The notes beneath the pieces were generated by a model. It worked only from the letters and a program-made list of their open reading frames with translations, did no database searches and was not told the origin of the DNA. The position numbers and the translations under genes were made by a program. From Scyliorhinus canicula (lineage: Eukaryota), in the NCBI RefSeq assembly GCF_902713615.1, contig NC_052156.1:159770789-159834788 (forward strand): 64,000 nucleotides of DNA, given 5' to 3'. Of this stretch, positions 58,946 through 64,000 are shown piece by piece (the stretch's first letter is position 1; every line of letters begins with the position of its first letter).

Positions 58946-59462
58946 TTTTATTTTTTTATTTTTTTATTCTTTGTAATTTTATCTGCCTCAAATACTCACT
59001 GAGCAGGTCAAGGGAAAATGCAACATAAAGGTGAGCACAGCTTGCGGCAATATTCCAATGCAGAACAATAACATTCAATGTTGGGATCCTGCAGAATATG
59101 GTATTTTACCAAACGTTGGTTCGGCAAGCAACACGGTAGTTCTCACAGGCGGTGTCAAAGGAAGCTGCCCATCAGAAACGATTCAGAAAATTAACTGGCC
59201 GGAGAAAGTAAAGAACTTTCCAGAGCATCTCCTTGTTCAAGGGCACGTGGACAATATTGTCGGAAGGTGAGAGGGAAAGCTTCAAAATGCGGGTAGCAAC
59301 ATGCTTAGAAAGCATATAAAGCACTTTGCAGATGCACTTCTTCGACACATTACTACTTTTAAGGTGCTGTGAAATGTTAAAGGGCATTAATATGAGGTAA
59401 ACACTTAATGAATCTGATGGAGAATTCAGGAGAATTCAGCTTTGTTCCGAGAGTGATTAGAG

Positions 59463-60670
59463 CAGGTTTTTCAAAGTGCGGATCGCGGCCTGCAGGTGAG
59501 TCACGTGTAGGTGTCGGGGGGAAGTGGGGGGGGGGGGGCATCATGCAGCGATCAGTATCCACGTTCATGCGGTGATCCTGATCACAGGAGAAATGCTCAA
59601 TGGCCGCACCTGGCATTTTAGTTGAGAATGGCAGCCGCTGCTGCCTTTTAAGTGAGAAGGAACAAGGCAGTGTGCAGTCTTCCGGCCAGAAGTGGCAGCA
59701 GTGAGCTGGTCAGTGTCCTGCACCTATACTTGATGTCAAGGGCTCTGTGCGTGCTATTGCCGCCAAATCATGAAGGACCGCTTCTTCCATTTTCCAGCTG
59801 CTGGCAAGCAAGGCAAGAGGACTATGAAGATGAATCATTTTCTTCCAAATAAGAGATGGCCAGAGACACAAATAGGCAGTGCACCTACTGGACAGGATCT
59901 CACAACTGAATCTGCAGGAGCGGGCTGCTCAGGAGAGGCCAGGACAGGACAGAACAGTGCTAGTGTTATCTCTGTACAGAGCTCCAGGGCCCTGGCTTAA
60001 CAGCCTACAAAGAAGAAGCTTAACTCAAGAACAAAGCAGTATAAAGTTGATTTCTTGAGGTATGGTTTTGTCAGTTGTGTCAACGCAAAGCCCATGTGTG
60101 TCATATGGAGGGAAGTACTGACAAATGAGAGAAGTTCCAGATTTTACAGAGAAGTGATGAGTGAAAAATTCCTTTTGAGGTTGAGACCCCAGAGTCAGTT
60201 ATAAAATTACAGCTGATTCCAAATGAAAAGACTATGCTGCTGTATCTGAACGATGATACCACATTAAAAATGCACCAAACGGCCATGAGGTTTTCAGCAT
60301 CCTGGAATTGCATCTTCCAGAAGTATCCAATGCTGAGTAAAACAAGCATTTTGTTGCTATTATCATTCACAATGACCTACATGTCCAAGTTTGGATTTTC
60401 CATTTTCACAAAGCTGAAGACAGCACAAAAGAACTGGCTGAAGTCTGCACATGATATACGCATTGCCCTCTCCTTCTGTGAACCTAATGGGAGTGAGATC
60501 ATGAGCACCAAGCAGACTCCCCTTTTGTATTAAAGGTAAGCAAACGTGGCATATGTTGCTATGGTTGGCCGGCGCGGGACATGAAAGTCGGCCAGCAAGG
60601 GTCGCAAAGGCTGGCCAGCAAGGGCCCTGAAGGTTGGCCGGCATGGGCCATGAAGGTCGGCTGGCATGGA
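59463..60670 (+). mobile_element. Internally deleted hAT (Buster/Charlie) DNA transposon
   Basis: 5' TIR CAGGTTTTTCAAAGTG after GATTAGAG; BED-finger remnant KQYKVDFLRYGF...PMCVIWREVLTNE; dimerisation-domain remnant KYPMLSKTSILLLLSFTMTYMSKFGFS..KLKTAQKNWL..AHDIRIALS; subterminal GAAGGTCGGC-like repeats. Confidence 0.85.
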
Positions 60671-60849
60671 ATGAAGTCCACCCCAGGATACATAACCTGC
60701 TCGGGCATCGAAGAAGACTGGCATGGATTCGGAAATTAAAATTAACCAACAGCAAAATAAAGAACCAATATGGTTAACTCTAACTTGGGGGGGGGGGCTC
60801 AATCTCAGTGAGCACTTAACTAAACGTACCACCCAACTCCACACCACAC

Positions 60850-60992
60850 TCCAGTCCAAAGATGTGCAGGTTGGGTGGATTGGCCATGACAAATTGTCCA
60901 AAATTCTATGATTAACCTAGGACAAAAGTTCGGCGCAACATCGTGGGCCGAAGGGCCTGTTCTGTGCTGTATTTCTCTATCTATCTCTATCT
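60850..60992 (+). mobile_element. HE1-related SINE 3' fragment with CR1 tail
   Basis: CAGTCCAAAGATGTGCAGGTTGGGTGGATTGGCC...GGCGCAACATCGTGGGCCGAAGGGCCTGTTCTGTGCTGT. Confidence 0.75.
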
Positions 60993-61120
60993 AACCAACC
61001 AACCAACCACCCATCACCCAGCCATGACTACACTCCTCTTCATTATGAGAACAATTATAATTTGCATTCTGTACTGGGCCTGAGATTGGGTTTCTGTTGC
61101 ATGTGAGACTTTTATGAGTG

Positions 61121-61433
61121 GGTGGCACGGTGACACAGTGGTTAGCACTGCTGCCTCACAATGCCAGGGGCCCAGGTTCAATTCTGGCCTTGGGTGACTG
61201 TGTGGACGTTCTCCCCATGTCTGCGAAGGTTCCTCCGGGTGCTCCCACAGTCCAAAGATGCGCAGGTTAGGTGAATTGGCCGTGCTAAAATTGCCCCTTC
61301 ATGTCCAGAGATGTGTAGGTTAGGTGGGATTATGGAGTCTCGAGATAGGGTGGGGGAGCGGGCTTAGAGAGGGTGCCCTTTCAGAGGGTTAGTGGAGACT
61401 CAGAAGACCGAATGGCCACTGCAGGGATTCTAT
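61121..61433 (+). mobile_element. HE1 SINE (older copy)
   Basis: Head, V-domain, CR1 tail. Confidence 0.88.
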
Positions 61434-61439
61434 GAACTG

Positions 61440-61900
61440 GGATTTTTGTTGCGTGCTTCTGTTTTTTAAGGGTGGGTATAAAGAATCTGTGATTGGCTCC
61501 TGCATGGGGGTAGACGGGTCTGGTATCCAAGGAGAGGAGATTGCGGGTGTCATTGGTACCTGTGGTGCTGCTGGAATGGAGTGAGATGTACATTGGTGAG
61601 CGCCCGAACATGGCACAAAAAATATATCCTGAACTCTCGTGGTAATTGCGAGCAATCGCTGTGCGGGAAGGTGTGCACCATTTTTTCATGGCCTTATCCT
61701 GTTTCCCCCTTGTCCTCTGGCTGGGCTTAAGAGAGACATCAAGTTAAGTTTAATGGTTGTATTGAGCTGGTTATTCTACTGTTCTTCTGTCCCCCTCTGT
61801 ATTCATGTACACTGATCCTTTTCTTTGCTTGCTGCGATGGATCATTCTGGTGTTGTTTGTCAAAATGTAAAATCTTAATAAATATACTTGAGAAAAAAAA
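61440..61900 (+). mobile_element. Possible old L1-like 3' end
   Basis: GT-rich 3' UTR-like stretch, AATAAA and A-rich tail at 61877-61900; protein homology only suggestive. Confidence 0.3.
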
Positions 61901-62536
61901 TCAATTTTCATTCCGCGATTTGACATTTACATTTCCTGGTTTGACGTCCAATCTTCAAACCTCAGCCAGCGCTCCACAATACCTCAGACACACATGTTCA
62001 AAGCACACTGGGCTGAAGAAATAAAGGTAGATGCTTAATGTAATTTAAGTGGACAATACACATTTATGCATTATATTTGACCTTTGCTTCTTAACATTTC
62101 TGTGAAGAAGTGTAAAACCAGTCATTTAAAAAAAAACGATAGATTAATTTACATCCTCATTAAACCCACGTTTATTTTCTAAGCATCAAAAAAAAAGACA
62201 ACATGAAATGACCATAATAGGTTTTTGCTTCAATGAGGCGCATTTTAAGAACTATTTTGGAGTAAAAACCACAGCAATTTTGAGGTGGCTTCGATTACAT
62301 TTCCACTTAGGAGAATGATGTGAGCATTTGCATCTCACTGAAGTGACAAGAAAATTTTCTAAGTGCACACAGTAACATTATACAGAAAAAAAAAACTTGT
62401 GGGAATAAGTGACAAGAAGGAAGAAAAAAAAATCATGGTGCTTTAAAGATGAGATAATAGACTTTTACTGAGCCGAGTTGTAACTTGAAGGGGAAAAGGA
62501 ATGACAGAAAGAGACGAGGGAGGGATGCAAAATTAT

Positions 62537-62800
62537 GGCCTGAATTTTGTGGCCAGTGACAAAGGAAAGATTGCACTTTCAACTGTCCACAATCTCTTCA
62601 TGGGTTTTTATGCGCCAACTTGCAATAATTGGAGATCCATTAGGCTTGCTGTCCCTGACTGACGACGTTACCTGAAGACTCCACTTCTGGAGGCAATAGC
62701 ACCGACTCACTGACTTTATACCTCTGGGACTGGGGTTGGTAGCAATAACGCTTTTTGGTGTTCTCGCATTAATTAAGAACGCAACTGCAAAATTGCGAGC
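62537..62800. mobile_element. Possible ancient Harbinger-type MITE
   Basis: GGCCTGAATTTTG ... CAAAATTGCGAGC degenerate TIRs. Confidence 0.35.
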
Positions 62801-63507
62801 ATGAAATCTATAATATGAATACGTGTGAAGAGTTAGTGCGGAGTAGATGGGCTGAATGGCCGCTGGTGCTGTACTATTCAGCGTACCTCCACCAAAACAC
62901 AAACATTAAAGAATCACAAAACGTTATTTCGGTCTGAAAATTCTGAAGGACCACTTGGCCTCAAGCTGTTGTAAATATCTTAGTTGTCGAGCTCTGCCTT
63001 GCATTTTGAATAAAGATATTGGCCCATATCTTCTGACGGGCAGTGGGAAGTCATGGGCTGCTGATTCTGAGAGAGAAAACTGCGCCCTTACCTTCCCTCA
63101 GAAACTGCGGAAAAACGTCGAGGTCAGGTATTTAAACTGCAGATTTACATTTCAGACAACAGACAACACGTGTTTTAAAGGATGTAAAAGTTTTTTTTTT
63201 AACAGTTTTCTTTTGCTCTTTCATTTATACAGGCATTGCTGTTGTTATTGGTTCTTTTAAATTAATTTTTAATTTAAGTTTTTAGGATTGAAGGTGATTA
63301 TTTATAAGTGAACATAGATTTTGTTATTTGTTTTAAATCTATGAAACTAGTTAAATCTGCACTATATCATTATATAGTGTTACGTGTGGCATGCTTAAAA
63401 GTGTTTATTTATTTTAATTTGGATTAGGGTCATAAGATTTTAAAAGTCCCCCAGGGCTTTTTGCTGCCACTGTCCTTGAAACATCTGATACTTTTTTCTT
63501 TTGTGTT

Positions 63508-63665
63508 TATAGAATCATAGAATCACTGCAGTGCTGAAGAAAGTCATTCAGCCCATCGAGTTGGCACTGATGGTCCGAAAGAGCAGCTTACCCAGGCCAA
63601 CGCCCCTGTCCTATCCCCGTAACCACACCTAACCTTTGGACACTAAGGAGAAATTTAGCAAGGCC
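63508..63665 (-). mobile_element. HE1 SINE 3' fragment
   Basis: (ATAGAATC)n, CATTCAGCCCATCGAG, CCTATCCCCGTAACC, TTTGGACACTAAGG. Confidence 0.8.
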
Positions 63666-64000
63666 TTTCTCGCTAGAATTTGCTTTGGTATATGGCAGCA
63701 TGTCAGTAACTAAAGTGACCCTTCACTGATATTGCCTTTGTGGGTGACAGACTGCTACAAAGTGTACATCACTCCAAGTCGAACAGACGAGCAAACATAG
63801 AATACCACAGAGATTTTGAAAGCCTTGAACGTACACTTTAAAGCCTGAGTGAATATTACATATGCATGTTATGTATTCAACACTGATGTCCAAAATGAAA
63901 ATGAGATCTTTAAATGATAAATCATGGCGATAGCACAGCTAGCAGAAACATATGAATTTGGACAAATAAATGATGATCCGATTAAAGATGAACTGTTCTT

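Noticed and set aside
59031-59270. 79-aa ORF ending at a GTGAGA donor-like site
   Set aside because: No recognisable homology and no convincing acceptor.
60234-60533. Host ZBED5/SCAND3-like gene
   Set aside because: Catalytic core deleted, 5' TIR present, residues degenerate; a transposon remnant.
1-64000. Prokaryotic systems (CRISPR array, operons, defence islands, retron)
   Set aside because: Sequence is vertebrate TE-rich DNA; no regularly spaced repeat-spacer array; the RTs are Penelope, Rex1, CR1 and Gypsy types.

Overview
Eukaryotic, vertebrate non-coding DNA, almost certainly from a shark (probably a catshark, Scyliorhinus-like; inferred from many HE1/V-SINEs, SacSINE1/Deu-type SINEs and HER1-like CR1 tails). 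No intact host protein-coding gene, rRNA, real tRNA gene or CRISPR array can be supported. The window is a nested mosaic of transposable elements: (1) a 5'-truncated Penelope-like element with an uninterrupted RT + GIY-YIG frame, a 12-bp TSD and a minimal hammerhead ribozyme; (2) a Rex1/Babar LINE fragment; (3) CR1 and L2 LINE fragments; (4) a decayed Harbinger transposase plus at least ten GGGC-ended MITEs, several with 3-bp TSDs; (5) a decayed Ty3/Gypsy gag-pol; (6) several solo LTRs; (7) an internally deleted hAT (Buster/Charlie) element; (8) about 30 SINE copies or fragments. There is one assembly gap. The best leads are fold-back Penelope mini-elements centred on hammerhead stem II, a Harbinger/MITE system with an AY-NNN-RT target preference, a decayed coiled-coil exon resembling RAI14/UACA/ANKRD24, a shared Rex1/MER6-SINE 3' stem-loop, and a twin-priming-like inverted CR1. 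All family assignments come from motif recognition by eye; no database search was run, and boundaries without a TSD are approximate.
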